A DNA stretch of 53,177 nucleotides, counting the filler, from Catajapyx aquilonaris (Eukaryota), in the NCBI GenBank assembly GCA_000934665.2. It is 3 parts of 3 records of this genome, joined end to end, with 100 filler letters (N's around TTAATTAATTAA, not from the genome) between each part and the next. Parts side by side here need not be neighbours in the genome. Positions count along the whole stretch, not along the records: positions 17,735 to 35,356 come from JYFJ02006902.1; 2 more parts are not named here. One strand, written 5' to 3'. The notes under the pieces were generated by a model. That model ran no database searches. It was not told the DNA's origin and saw nothing but the letters and a program-made list of their open reading frames with translations. Positions 22,446 to 34,749 of the stretch are shown here, in pieces. The position numbers were made by a program, and so were the translations under genes. Position 1 is the first letter of the stretch. Every line of letters begins with the position of its first letter.

Positions 22446-23236
22446 AAAAATAAGCAGTAAAACTGCCGAAAACTATTCTTCCTCTGGGTGAGATTAAAAG
22501 TAAGAAACAAGTCCATAGGTGGGGTTGGTTCGTGTCATAGGGATGTGTGATAATCAAATTTAAATCAAAACATTCGTGCTTTGGGGCTGGGAAGAATTAA
22601 GGTGGGTTTACATGTGAGCGAAATGATCAGCGAAATGCATCGCGGCGATGCATTTCGACCGTGAATTGTAGCGGTTCTGACGTCATGACTCAAGCGATAG
22701 CGCTTAAGCATCGCCCGTGTGTTTACATGCCTGCGACGTGCATCGCCACGGCATGCCAACAGCATCGCCACAGCATGCCAACAGCATCGCCCGCGCAAAG
22801 GACTATCGGAAGGAGACAAAAGACGATCGGGTTGTTTATGGCTCGAATTTACAGCCACCCGAATACGCCACAAGTGAGCGACGATGTCGTCGCCATCTCC
22901 TTGAGCGATGTCATCGCCGAGGCCCTCCCTTCTTAAACGCGATTGCTACTTTCGGCCCAAATCACTGCTTTCGTTAGGATTTCATCGCTGGCGATGCAAA
23001 TCGCTGATCATTTCGCTCACATGTAAACACAGCTTTAGGCAGAGTAGGAGAGTCGGAGAAGTACATAAAAGCGATATCTGCCTAATTCTTCCCAGACCCA
23101 AAGCACGAATGTTTTGATTTAAATTTGATTATCACACATCCCTATGACACGAACCAACCCCACCTATGGACTTGTTTCTTACTTTTAATCTCACCCAGAG
23201 GAAGAATAGTTTTCGGCAGTTTTACTGCTTATTTTT
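22446..23236. mobile_element. Foldback element with ~150-160-bp inverted arms, interrupted by a nested MITE
   Basis: 22446-22599 is the near-perfect reverse complement of ~23082-23236. Removing the nested MITE extends the arm (GAATTAGGCAGA / TCTGCCTAATTC). Confidence 0.8.
22600..23034. mobile_element. PIF/Harbinger-like MITE nested in the foldback element
   Basis: TIRs AGGTGGGTTTACATGTGAGCGAAATGATCAGCGA / TCGCTGATCATTTCGCTCACATGTAAACACAGCT, TSD TTA (22597-22599 / 23035-23037); internal CATCGCC repeats. Confidence 0.85.
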
Positions 23237-24073
23237 TCTCAAAACTGTTCTCATGTGGGTTGACGCATTATTGCATAACACTGTCCAATTATCAAAATAA
23301 TACAGTAGGTACCCGTTTTACACCCCTCCATTTTACGCCGTTCTACATTAACGCCGGTTTGAAAATGACATCATAAAATTTTTAAATTGAAAAATTGTGA
23401 TAACGTGGAAATTATGATAGCTTGCTGGTTGTGAAGTGGCCAAGAAAGATTTCCCATGCGGGAAGTACCCGTTTTACGCCGCTCCATTTTACCCCGGTTT
23501 TAAACTTACATTTGAAAATTTTGTATCAGATTTTTTTAAAAAAAATATTTGATGATAACACAATCTGAACATGAAGGCATGACTCCAACATTTCTGAGAC
23601 CAAACACACGAACGTATACCTGCTCTTCTTTCCTCTGTGTTTCCTGGTGCCTTGTGGCAGGTTCTCTCGATATATGAACTGTACAGTACCGTATTGTTCG
23701 GTATTGTTGATCTCGGCACTCCCCGAAGTACTCCAACCGATCATTGTTACAATACCCTACTTGTATACTGCAATTATATTATTCTTGCCAACCTGCCCGT
23801 TGTTCTATTGTTTTCATTGTTGAATATGCAATGTTGATTATTGTAGAACATGAAGTGCGAGAGGCAGATCCATCATTTGGACTTGTTTACAGCTAGGGTT
23901 GCTAGGCAATTGCTTAATCTGCTGAAAACCCCCCTTAGACTCAAAAAAGTTCGGGTTTGGGACTTTACCCGGGGTCAGTGATATGTAAGACATGGCTCTG
24001 AGAAATTTGAGCGCTCTCCGTGCCCGGGAAGTGGCTTAATTAGGCGTGATAAATAAATAAATAGATGTATATC

Positions 24074-24275
24074 GGACGTATAAACAATGTCCGGGGAGAT
24101 TCTTCGTTCAGCCTTGTGGAGGCAACCCATTGCACCTGGGTAGCTAAGGGAGGAGGGAAAAAACTCGGCAGATAAGCATGGACGTACACACAAGTGTGTG
24201 TGTGTACACACCTGTGCAATGGTTTGCCTCCGCCAGGCTGAACGAAGAATCTCCCCGGACATTGTTTATGCGTCC
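24074..24275. mobile_element. Small MITE with ~40-bp TIRs
   Basis: GGACGTATAAACAATGTCCGGGGAGATTCTTCGTTCAGCC / GGCTGAACGAAGAATCTCCCCGGACATTGTTTATGCGTCC. Confidence 0.75.
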
Positions 24276-24302
24276 CGTAGTACAAATTTTGAGCTTTATA
24301 TA

Positions 24303-24999
24303 CAGGGTGGTTGTGAAGTAACTGCCTATTGGAAATGTGTAATAAAATTGTCAAATATTGTTCGATTTTCATGAAACAAGTTTTATTCTGTACCTTACAA
24401 TGGGAGAATTTAAACTCCCACCAGTATGCAACTCCACGGCCCCAGGTGGCAGCAGCAGTCCCGATACCAGTAAAAATGGCGCAGCTGGCGTCCCGTTTTG
24501 AAGTCGGGGGTCGGTGGTTAAAGTGCAGAGATGGTGGCGATACATACACGGACCTCGTGCCACAGTTCACCCGAGGACCATAAAGAACTGCCATTTGAAA
24601 CTGATGAGCACGGGATCCGTGATGGACAGCCATAGGAGTGGTCGTCCGTCGACATCGAGGACAGAGGAAAACGTGGCACTGCGATGGTTCGCCCATATCA
24701 GCTTCGAATGGCCGTTCTTTATGGTCCTCGGATGAACTGTGGCACGAGGTCCGTGTATGTATCGCCACCATCTCTGCACTTTAACCACCGACCCCCGACT
24801 TCAAAACGGGACGCCAGCTGCGCCATTTTTACTGGTATCGGGACTGCTGCTGCCACCTGGGGCCGTGGAGTTGCATACTGGTGGGAGTTTAAATTCTCCC
24901 ATTGTAAGGTACAGAATAAAACTTGTTTCATGAAAATCGAACAATATTTGACAATTTTATTACACATTTCCAATAGGCAGTTACTTTACAACCACCCTG
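24303..24999. mobile_element. Tc1/mariner-derived palindromic element with ~300-bp arms that contain the transposase N-terminal coding region
   Basis: TA|CAGGGTGGTTGT..ACAACCACCCTG|TA; mirrored ORFs on both strands; peptide VVKVQRWWR..PRTIKNCH.KLMSTGSVMDSHRSGRPSTSRTEENV resembles a Tc1/mariner HTH linker (TGSV.D..RSGRP). Confidence 0.85.
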
Positions 25000-25797
25000 T
25001 ATATACTGTATATATATATATGGATTGGAATCATCACACAAATATCTGAAATACGTATGTGAGCGGTTGTGGAATGTCAAATACTGCACATTTCTTGCTT
25101 TCTCCTATTATAAGTGGCTACTTATTGCCCGAGGAAGATGGACTATACTTATTGAATCTGTAACACTCAATTTTTAAACTCCATACGTTCATAAAATACT
25201 ATCAGTCAACCCGTGCTTCACGCGGATCCAAACATCTGAAATGATATTCTTGGAAGACTTAATAAAATTATGTTTGCAATGACTTAGAAAGGGTGTGTTG
25301 GTATTGCAATGCAACTTCTACATTTCGCACATTCCTTAGTCAAAGTAGTTGTCCATGACAGAAACTAATGAAAATAATTGACTGTGAACTTTATGCATTC
25401 AGTCTTCGCAATTCGAATTACTGTCGCCAGATTTTGGGCGCGTGTTTTCACTGCAGTGCAGTGCCGTGCCCAAGAGGGTTAAAGACAGAGCAGAAGTGGC
25501 TTGGGAGGGCAAGATGATGAGTTTGCTCTGCTGAACATCGTCCTCCCGCCTACCCTCTCGTCACTGCCCGTCACGCGGTCGTCAATCTCCTTCGTATACC
25601 CTCCTCGACCAGTACTTATAGTTTTCGATTGGGAGAAGTGTGTCACACTCTAGAAGAGTGAGCTGACCAGTAAATTCCACGAATACCTGCTTCCATCGCT
25701 TCCAAGTTATTCCAGGATGAAACTTTAGACAGGCCGAAACTTATACAAGTATTTATATACAGCACTGTGCTAACGGTTTAATAATTTGATATTTCAC

Positions 25798-26086
25798 CGA
25801 AGCAGGTTGGCATAGTGGATAAGGCGTCCGACTGCTAATCGGGAGGTCCTGGGTTCGAATCCCGGGGCCGGCAACTCTGACCATGGTTTTCTGTGGTTTT
25901 CCACGGTCCTTCCAGGGAAATTCCGGAGTTGCTTCCGTAATTAATAGGCCACAGCCGCTTCCTTCCGTCCCTATCCTATCCCAAAGAGCACAGTAAAATG
26001 AAAGCAAAGAGTTCCAGGCAAAACAAACTTCCCCCCCTAAAGAGCCGATGGCTGATAACGGGGAATAAATTATTATTAAATTATTT
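25798..26086 (+). mobile_element. tRNA-derived SINE, family B
   Basis: Near-identical to 8294-8589; TSD ATAATTTGATATTT(C/T)AC at 25781-25797 / 26087-26103. Confidence 0.88.
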
Positions 26087-29000
26087 ATAATTTGATATTT
26101 TACATATAATAATATTATTAATCGATTATTTTGAGTTTATATATTTCATGCAACATATTTCTATCCGCCGAAATGAATAGTTGCTAAGAGAACACGGGAA
26201 AAAATTGTGTCCGGCATTCTTTCAGCAGGAGTGTCTGCGCCTGCTCCATACATATCCGCCAACCCAGGTACGGCATCATGTGGTGTCACATGGAAGTATA
26301 AGATACGGTCTTAGGCGCATTCTGGTGCAAACAGATCTTGTATGAATGCTTGGAGGCCAGAGAAAGATCCTCATCTTTCCAGTGTCGGAATTTGGGGTGC
26401 TTCTCGCTCATCACGCAGCGCAGTTTGGCTGAACTCCAATACGTCTATTGATCTCTGGAGCCTGTGCCTCCCTCTCCCCTCTCTTCCCCTCTCCCCTCCA
26501 CCAACAACAACCCCACAACCCCCCTTCTCCCCATGCACCCTACCCCACAACGTGGGCAAGCTCCAGACCCACACTGCACAGCTTGCTTTGGACCTGCACA
26601 TCTCCAGAATCCTTTCAAAAGATGCTTAACTAGCTCTCTTCACTTTCTCGAAACTTCAGCAAAAGTTGACCAAATTGAACGGAAAAGAGATCAAGTTTCT
26701 ACAGTATGTTGCCAAAGACAAGTTGTATAGCAGGCTCCGACGTACAATTATATTTCCAATGCGACTATATAGGTGTTTTATAGAACACCTGGTTTCTCTT
26801 TTCAAAATAATTGACCTGTAAGTCAAGTTGGGCTTTTGTGAATAGTTGGGAATTTTCGTAAAGTTTCCGTCTTCCGCATGGAAAAGCATTATAATTATGT
26901 TGATATTCCGGTTTCGAATTCGACATGGAAGATTCCCCTCAGCTTATTTGCTGCTTCAGGTGCGTTTGGAATACAGAAGAGAGTTTTTTGCGTTTCTGGT
27001 GTACTTACAGAGAAGCGAATTTATTACCCAGATTCTAGGAACATGTTTGTACACTAGGTGCCATACTGATGAATACTTTGTCGGTCGCTGATTACGATGT
27101 ATTTCTGGGAATAATGAAGCACTGAATGGCAAGAAGAAGAATGTATTGAGGAATGTGAGTGTGAAGAAAGAATGGGTGATTAGTTGTGCTACTTTTTTTT
27201 CTTCTACGTAATTGGATTCCGTCGGAACTAGAGCCCTTGATTTATGAGAGAGGATTACGCGACACGCATTCACTCCAAAGCCCACTCTTAATTCAAAATA
27301 ATCCTGCTTTATGATAGCATGACTTGCATATATACAGCTAAAAGCAGCTAAGCAGGATTCTTCTTTAATGATTCATTAAATTTGGGGCTATATTCGGGAA
27401 TACTACAACAGAAAAATCCATCCATGGATGCCTAAATATACGGATAAAATCGTTAAATTTGATTATTAATAACTCGCATATACTATAATAAATAGAATAA
27501 GATATAGTTTTGTCCGTATATATTAAACCAACTGCATTGGTTAATAAACACGACACAATTGTGCGATATACACCTATATACATAATTTTACTTGTAATGC
27601 TTCATTTCTCTCGTTATACATTGAAAAGTGCTGTATGGAGCAGAATACCTTTTCATGTAATGTTTTTCGTATTAGTCAAGTTTCCACTCTATGGGACAAC
27701 TACGGAACTAAATTAGGAAAAGGAGGCTCTCTGGTGTGCACAAATATTGCGTAACTATAGTAAGGGGCGATAGTGACAATATAAATTAATTCCAACGTGA
27801 AACTATAGTTTTTTGGTGAAGGAACGAATTAGCCCGTGTGAATGAGGCTCTTACCATGTTCCTCGTGCAATTTTCACTCACCTGCGCTTTTTTGGGAAAC
27901 ATAAACGACCATTCATAAATGAACTAATAATGCAGAACGTGATAAGTGAGAAAGACGTAAAAATTTTTCGCAGTTAGGCCTTATATCTCCCCTCATTCAG
28001 GCAGGCCCTCCATTCTTCTTTACAAACTCGAGCTATTCGGACGATGTGTGTGGCTCTCGCGGCCACTTTTTCCTCTGACAGGGCAATTTTTAAAGCTTGT
28101 ATACAAAGCTTCCGCTGTGTGGTGCACACTTGTCAGTTCAAAATTTATTGATTTTAATGTTTCTCTTTTCAAACAATCGCAATGTGTACCTCATTTCCGG
28201 GATAAATGCCTTATACCTTAAAATATCCGGAAATAATGCGACTCGGTTGAATATTTTAACACTGTTTGAGGCTGATTTGTGTAACGTACGAAATTAAAGT
28301 TAAAATATTTTAGCCCGCAGTTGTGTTCATTTTAGTTTAATTCAGTGCATAACTCGATCTTTTCGACATTTTAATTATGTGCAACAGTTCCATTTCACAG
28401 GTTTTACGGCATTAATAATGAACTGTTAAGAAAGACTAATGATCAGAAATATAGGCAGGAATCATGTAGATATCTTTGCATTTTTAAATATTATTTTTTA
28501 AATGACTGAGTTACGAACTTTTTGCAATAATATAATAAAATCTGCTTTATATAGTGCCACTTCATCAGTTAAATACAAGTGATATTTGATGCCATAAAAC
28601 ACTTGTTGCGAAAAAACAGAAACATTGAAATTTAAGGAGAAATGTCTGAAAGTCAGTGCACTAGTTGGCTGGAGTTGGCTTAACGCTTAATTTGTTTTTT
28701 GCATCACAATTTTTGTGCAAACATGAACTGAATCAATAGAAAATCCAATACTCTCCTTTTTTAGATTATGTAATTTGTTTACCAAAACCATTCTATTACG
28801 TTTTGGTCAGATCTATAGATTCATCCCGCGCTTCTGACTCAATTTTGGATTATTTGGCGATTTCATTGACTTTCTGTTTGAGGATGGGATACGAGAGGCG
28901 GATCAATATAACCGAATAAGTTAATAATTATTGAAAACCATTTACAGTATGTACGAAGCCTGGCGTTGAGACATTTTTCATCACGTTTTCGAATAGAGAC

Positions 29001-30491
29001 TAGCTGTAATCTCCCTGTGTCAACACAGCAACTTTGCCTCATGACTAATTTCTCTGTTATCGTGAACAATACACACAAACAAATTAATTAACCATTACGG
29101 GATTTTCTATAAATAGGGTAGTTAGCGATATGCGAGACCCACGTCAAATAATAAAAGTGAATTTTTAAAACTGACAAGCATAAATTTAGATTCGATGAAG
29201 TGCCGTATATAACTCACTGGTTAAAAATCAGAAACGAATTTAACAATTCCCTAAATACTACAATCTACCTGCCTATCAACAGATTAATACAATATTTTAA
29301 AAAAACTCCTTATTCTATAGGTTGAAGTGCCCGTTAGAATTTATTTTAAGCTATTTCTCAAAGAAAATGCTGATGATGGATGCCCCGTGATTGAGCTATG
29401 ACATCTTAAAAGGATCTTCAATATTCAAAATTTATTCATTGATGAAGGTGATAGGTTTTGAGAGTGACACGAAACGGTGCAACTATAGGCTGGTGACAGA
29501 AGATTCCTACGCATTTCCGACAAAAATCCATCAAATGCTACCTTATGAAGATGTCTCGCCATCTCGCCATCCAACCCGACATCTCGGATAATATTAACAA
29601 ATCGTACTATTACGTAACAACAACCCATCGGTTATCTTCTAATTTAAGTAAACTGGCAGTATAGACAATATAGTTTTAAACTACTTGCTACACAACCGTA
29701 TATGCACGTATGCCCATAATCAGATATTTAATTTGAATGATTTATGTAGCCTAAACATTAATCTTTGGACATAATATTGCGATCCACATCCTTTTAACAG
29801 TGATCTGATTGAACGGTCCTATCGCATCCCGTTCCTAAGCTTACTTTACGATGAACAGTTTTAGTGTCGGTAGTAGGCTTTAGGAAGCACTGGAAGTAAG
29901 GAATGGATGAGAGGAAATGGACCCACTGCATCCAGAGAGTGATGTACGTTTTCCTGGATTCTTTACCTTCATCCGCTCCACAATCCTTCTTCCGAGCAGC
30001 AATTCGCCTCAGAGTAATTCAGAAGTGAGGCTGTTCCAACTTGCGTTAGAGACAGGGGCGCATGCTTCGCTTCTCCCGTGTGTACACAAGTGCAGCAATT
30101 GCATCCGGAGTTGTAATAAACCTCAAACAAATTTGTAGGGCGGAGACAGAAAACCGCCGCGTGTGTCATTACGTCATGGAAAGAGGCCAAAGTCCAACAT
30201 AGGTGATTGGCTTTGTTGAACTTAGCGCATGTGTTTGTTTTTTATTCTTTGATGTTTGGCACCTATAGGATCTGGCGACAGCAGGCGATGGGAAGAGGAT
30301 CTTTTTTTCGCCTTCAAACAAAACCAGTGTCTATAAAATGTGCAAAAATGCATAAAATGCTCTGCAGGCAAAAATAATAATTGCACTAATTAAAACATAT
30401 TAATTACACTAAATTAAAATATTACAATAAGTACACCAAACAAAAAATTATTTTCATTGCTATTTAGTTCGCAATTTTATGCAAGGTTTAA

Positions 30492-31137
30492 CCGGAAGCA
30501 GGTTGGTGTAGTGGTTAAGGAGTCCGACTGCTAAACGGGAGGTCCTGGGTTCGATCCTGAACGTAGTTTTCCATGGTCCCCCCCAGGATAATTCCGGGGT
30601 CGCTTCCGTACAATAGGCCACAGCCGCTTCCTTTCTTGGCCCCATCCAGCCCACGGACACTACCCCTATCTTCTGGGCTTATCACCTGCCGAGGGATTAC
30701 GCACCGGGTGCTCCCTTGACACCGCCACAAGACATTTCCCAGACTTGTTCCCAGAGCATTTATGTGGCGACCCTACCGGACTAAGGCTGAACTTTATAGG
30801 TACGAAAGGGGAGGGCTACATTGGGGGGCCCAACATGGCCGCCGGCGGCCATGTTGGGCCAGCATGTAGCCCTCGAGCCCTCCCCTTTAGTTCCTATAAA
30901 GTTCAGCCTTAGTCCGGTAGGGTCGCCACATAAATGCTCTGGGAAATGTCTTGTGGCGGTGTCAAGGGAGCACCCGGTGCGTAATCCCTCGGCAGGGGGT
31001 GGGTGGGGAGTGACCTAACCTGAGTCTTCTGCAGCCATGGCCCCATCCATGTGTGAAGAAATTTCAGAAAAATTGAGTGGTAAAATGGTGGTATCCCACC
31101 CCCCTAATGGAGCGCCAATGCTCCCAAAGTAAAAAAA
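30492..31137 (+). mobile_element. Composite SINE: family-B head and family-A-like tail, with a long palindrome in the middle
   Basis: Head CGGAAGCAGGTTGGTGTAGTGGTTAAGG..GGTTCGATCC matches family B; 31065-31105 AAAATTGAGTGGTAAAATGGTGGTATCCCACCC matches the family-A tail at ~6990-7020. Confidence 0.6.
30685..30996. repeat. Spacer-less ~310-bp GC-rich palindrome
   Basis: Centre between 30843 and 30844 with perfect core GGCCCAACATGGCCGCC|GGCGGCCATGTTGGGCC. The arms match apart from short indels and a few substitutions. Confidence 0.9.
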
Positions 31138-31947
31138 TTATGCGAGGTTTAAATAAATAAATAAATAACATTATTTTGAGTACAGAGCTGCATATTTTCT
31201 TACCGCTGAAGCTGCTTGGAATGTTCATTCATACGCGTATTCCCCTTGACAATACGAATATCGTTGTGGTCCACGGTTGAGTATGACACGTAGTACCTAG
31301 ATTTACGGCCCAAATGCTCATCTTGCATAATATTGCAGGACAGCAGGTTTTCTCGGAGAAAACGTGACAACCTAAAATTCATGGAGCTTGCATAAGTAAT
31401 GTAGTGCACTTTGAAGATTTAGACTAGGTCGGAAGTTGACTCCCGCATGACCTTTTGCGCTAGGCCAAGTACCGAATGCGTTTCCCTCTAAAATGGGTCG
31501 GAGTTCTATTTCGAATCTGTTGCGTGGGAGGATACGCCTCCCCTCTTAGAGGGAAGGGCGTGGGAGGAATTATACACATAGTCATGTGGGAGGCTGAAAC
31601 CAAGCTAGGTGGGCGTTTTGGCAGACTGTTGCTCTCAAAATTGCATAATTTATGTGCCACTTGACATGCGTGAATCCAAATCCATTCCGAGCGCGCGCAG
31701 ATTTAGCTGCATTGTGTTTGAATTGTTCATGCGAGGTAGCATGAAGTTAAAATAATTAGCTTTAAAAAACAATGGTACAGCAGTGTCCGTTTTTTAATAT
31801 TCATATTCCGGTGCTTTGGAGTCCAATGGGTCCAATGTCTATCTTGCCGGAATTTGTGTTATTGTATACTTTGGTGTTAGTATCAAATAAAGAAAATGTG
31901 ATATCGCATAAGTTAGTTATAATTAAATCAATGCAATTTTGGTATCA

Positions 31948-31953
<6 letters not shown>

Positions 31954-32008
<55 letters not shown>

Positions 32009-32281
32009 TCATACCCCGTTATCAGCCGGCGGCTCTTTAGGTGGGAAATTTTTTGTTCTGACTGGAACTCTTTGCTTTCATTTTATTTCCTTTTTGGGAT
32101 AGGATAAGGACGGAAGGAAGCGGCTGTGGCCTGTTTTGATGGAAACGACCCCGGAATTATCCTGGGAGGACCGTGGAAAACCACAGAAAACCACAGTCAG
32201 GGTCGCCGTCCCCGGGATTCGAACCCGGGACCTCCCGATTAGCAGGCGGACTCCATATCCACTACACCAACCTGCTTCGGT
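31954..32281 (-). mobile_element. tRNA-derived SINE, family B, with (TTA)n tail
   Basis: Homologous to 8294 and 25798; TSD TTTTGGTATCAATATAA at 31937 and 32282. Confidence 0.88.
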
Positions 32282-32342
32282 TTTTGGTATCAATATAAAG
32301 TAATTAAATGTATAAATATTTATAGTTCTGATTACGATAGTA

Positions 32343-32752
32343 CACTCACTGGTGTACGTAACTTAATGCCACAATACCCGTGAATACGTGAAGTTGTTGT
32401 TGCCAGGGGCCCTTATATAGGGGGGTAGAATACCACCATTTTTCCTTCAATTTTCTGGTTTTTCTTGTAACTCCGGTGCAAGGATGACAGGACATGGGAG
32501 TAAGGATGGGGATTTTTTGGGGAGGGAACATGGGTGCAAGTGCAATGTCTGATATGGGGTCATGTGCTGTTCCCCAGGAGGTTAGGTTGCCAGACACCTC
32601 CAAGGTGCAGTTCAGAGACCCTCCTGACGCAGGTGAAAGGGAACTCCCAGGCGGGTATCGAACCTGGGACCTTTCACTCAGCAAGCCGAGACGTTACCAT
32701 CTCGGCCCCCACACCTCCCCTGAATACGCGAAGTTACATACACCAGTGAGTG
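32343..32752. mobile_element. Tiny TA-flanked MITE interrupted by a family-A SINE
   Basis: TA|CACTCACTGGTGTACGTAACTT ... AAGTTACATACACCAGTGAGTG|TA. Confidence 0.7.
32396..32720 (-). mobile_element. tRNA-derived SINE, family A
   Basis: Homologous to 6733-7087; TSD TGAATACG(T/C)GAAGTT at 32381-32395 / 32721-32735; (CAA)n tail. Confidence 0.87.
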
Positions 32753-34082
32753 TAGTGTACAAAACTCCCAGTATATTAAAATGCCAGATATGAGGGTGAG
32801 GTAAGTCAGGTCAAAGACCGAGCAATTTTTGCCAATGACGATGTCAAATAAATTTTGAAACATAAACCTAAGGTGTATTTATTATTGACAGTGAAGTGTA
32901 GCAGCGCTTAGAGAGGGTTTATACTGAAGATTTTTTGTTGAATACTGTATCTTATCGACCTCTCTTCATCTCCCACAGCTTTCAGCTTTCTATAACTTGG
33001 CTGGATATTGGTTACACAAGCTGAACGTGAATACCCCCCCACACAAACTTTTTGTGTGATAGAAATTCGGTGATAGATCTAGCTTTTTCTATAACAACGG
33101 CTCTGTTGCTGAATTTTGATAGTGGGATACGGTAGAATTCCGACGCATTCTGTATATGCGTGGATAGAAAATTTCACACGAACTCCGTCCAATTTGAGAC
33201 CGAGCGTTGGTTTGGCATGTTTGTGACGCTAACTAATATACAGAATACAGGATGTTTCAATAAAGCTGTCCATTTTAATTTACACTCCGCCCTCCACCAA
33301 GCTGATTATTATTAAGTAATTATAGTGGAAAAGTAGTCTTAACTCTTTGAAGTCATCAATTAGCGGATAATTTTAGTCTGAATTGAATAATCAGTTAAAT
33401 CATTGTCTACTCATGTGCAAGGTAATGCCAATTATCGAGTGGTCTAAGGCAATAAATCTCATTGGTTCCCGCATTCTAACCTACGGTTCACATGGCAGCC
33501 ATCCGATGGATGAACACCATATACTTGAACCTGTCTTTCGTGAAAGGTTGTGTGTCCGGGCGGTGGGAGGCGATGGTTTGAAGCTGAAGGTATAGGTTCC
33601 CACTATGTTCAGCAGGCAGCATGTGCCTGAGCTGTCGGAACAGCGATAGTGAGTTCACCCAGGGCTTTCCTTATCTACCTACTTTCTATCCATCTACTAT
33701 ATTTAGCTAGATCAGGGCCGTACATTGGCTTTCTTGAAGTTGCGAGAGCATTCCGAAGCAGCGCCATCTATCGGCAGGAGAATATAGAGTCGGTTTCAAT
33801 AAATGGTAATAAAACCAGTCTCTGCATGGCATCGGATCGGGATATGCCAAATTTTCTGTGTTACACCAGGCTGAGCACCAGACTTTAATTACGACTTTTC
33901 AATTTCCAAGAGGTCGTCTCAGGAACAGTCAGGATTTTCCGGGAAGGAAGTTAAAAACATTAATATATCCGCCTTTTTCAGCTATCAATGAACTAGTCTG
34001 TTGGTGTAAATGCGTGAGATATCCCAATAATTCTCCCGATAAATGACTCCATTCGCATAAAAGGAGCGCAAAAAAAAGTTTC

Positions 34083-34149
34083 CGGTCCAGCTGGGATTCG
34101 AACCCTTCTGATCCGGAGTAAGACGCGTTATCCATTGCGCCACTGGGCC
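34083..34149 (-). pseudogene. tRNA-Arg-derived pseudogene or SINE head (anticodon reads CCG)
   Basis: GGCCCAGTGGCGCAATGGATAACGCGTCTTACTCCGGATCAGAAGGGTTCGAATCCCAGCTGGACCG closely resembles animal tRNA-Arg(ACG) but lacks ~6 nt of the variable loop/T-stem. A T-run (Pol III terminator-like) follows. Confidence 0.7.
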
Positions 34150-34749
34150 GATATGTGTATATAGAATTAATTATGTTGGGTAGTGTAGTAGAAGAAGGTT
34201 CGATTCAAACAAGGTCAGCCCTTTCGAACGTTCCAGATCGGTATTGAATTGGTCTAACTCGAAAACGTCTGCGTAATGAGTTCTTATACTTTCAACCATG
34301 ATTTTAAGGCACCCAATTTACCCGAGTTTAATACAAATCCGTTTAGTTCTGACTTGGTCAGTATTTCCCATGGCCTTTTCTTTATCCATCTAATATTCTA
34401 GTGGTATCGGAATGGAATGTATCATCGGCTTCAAGACTAGTTATGAGTATCGTATCGTAATAATATGTGAGACTAATCGATTGTCCCTGTAAGTCCTAGT
34501 GAAAATTCTTCGGTGTTCAAATAGCCGTTCTAAGGACAGTTGGGACTATGCTTTTTCGAGGCGTTTCGAGGTGATTAAAAAATCAATACTCAATACGCCC
34601 CTTATCGTCTATTATGCAAGTGATCTGACACTTTCGCTGGCTTGAGTAATTCTCCCAGTAATTACGGAGGGAAAGGATACTGTAAGTGTCTCCAGCAGAT
34701 TGGGAGGGAAGTTGCCAACCCACCCAGGATTCGAACCAGGAATTCTGAT

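Noticed and set aside
24040..25049. Near-identical ORFs on both strands suggesting a gene pair
   Set aside because: They result from the palindromic Tc1/mariner derivative; only a short transposase N-terminal remnant is meaningful.
25195..25230. Possible canonical Helitron 3' end (hairpin plus near-CTAG) on the minus strand
   Set aside because: The terminus is imperfect (ATAG) and no 5' end could be identified.
26342..30200. Short ORFs in the AT-rich middle of contig 2 as the missing F-box exons or new genes
   Set aside because: No recognisable domain, LRR pattern or consistent splice structure.
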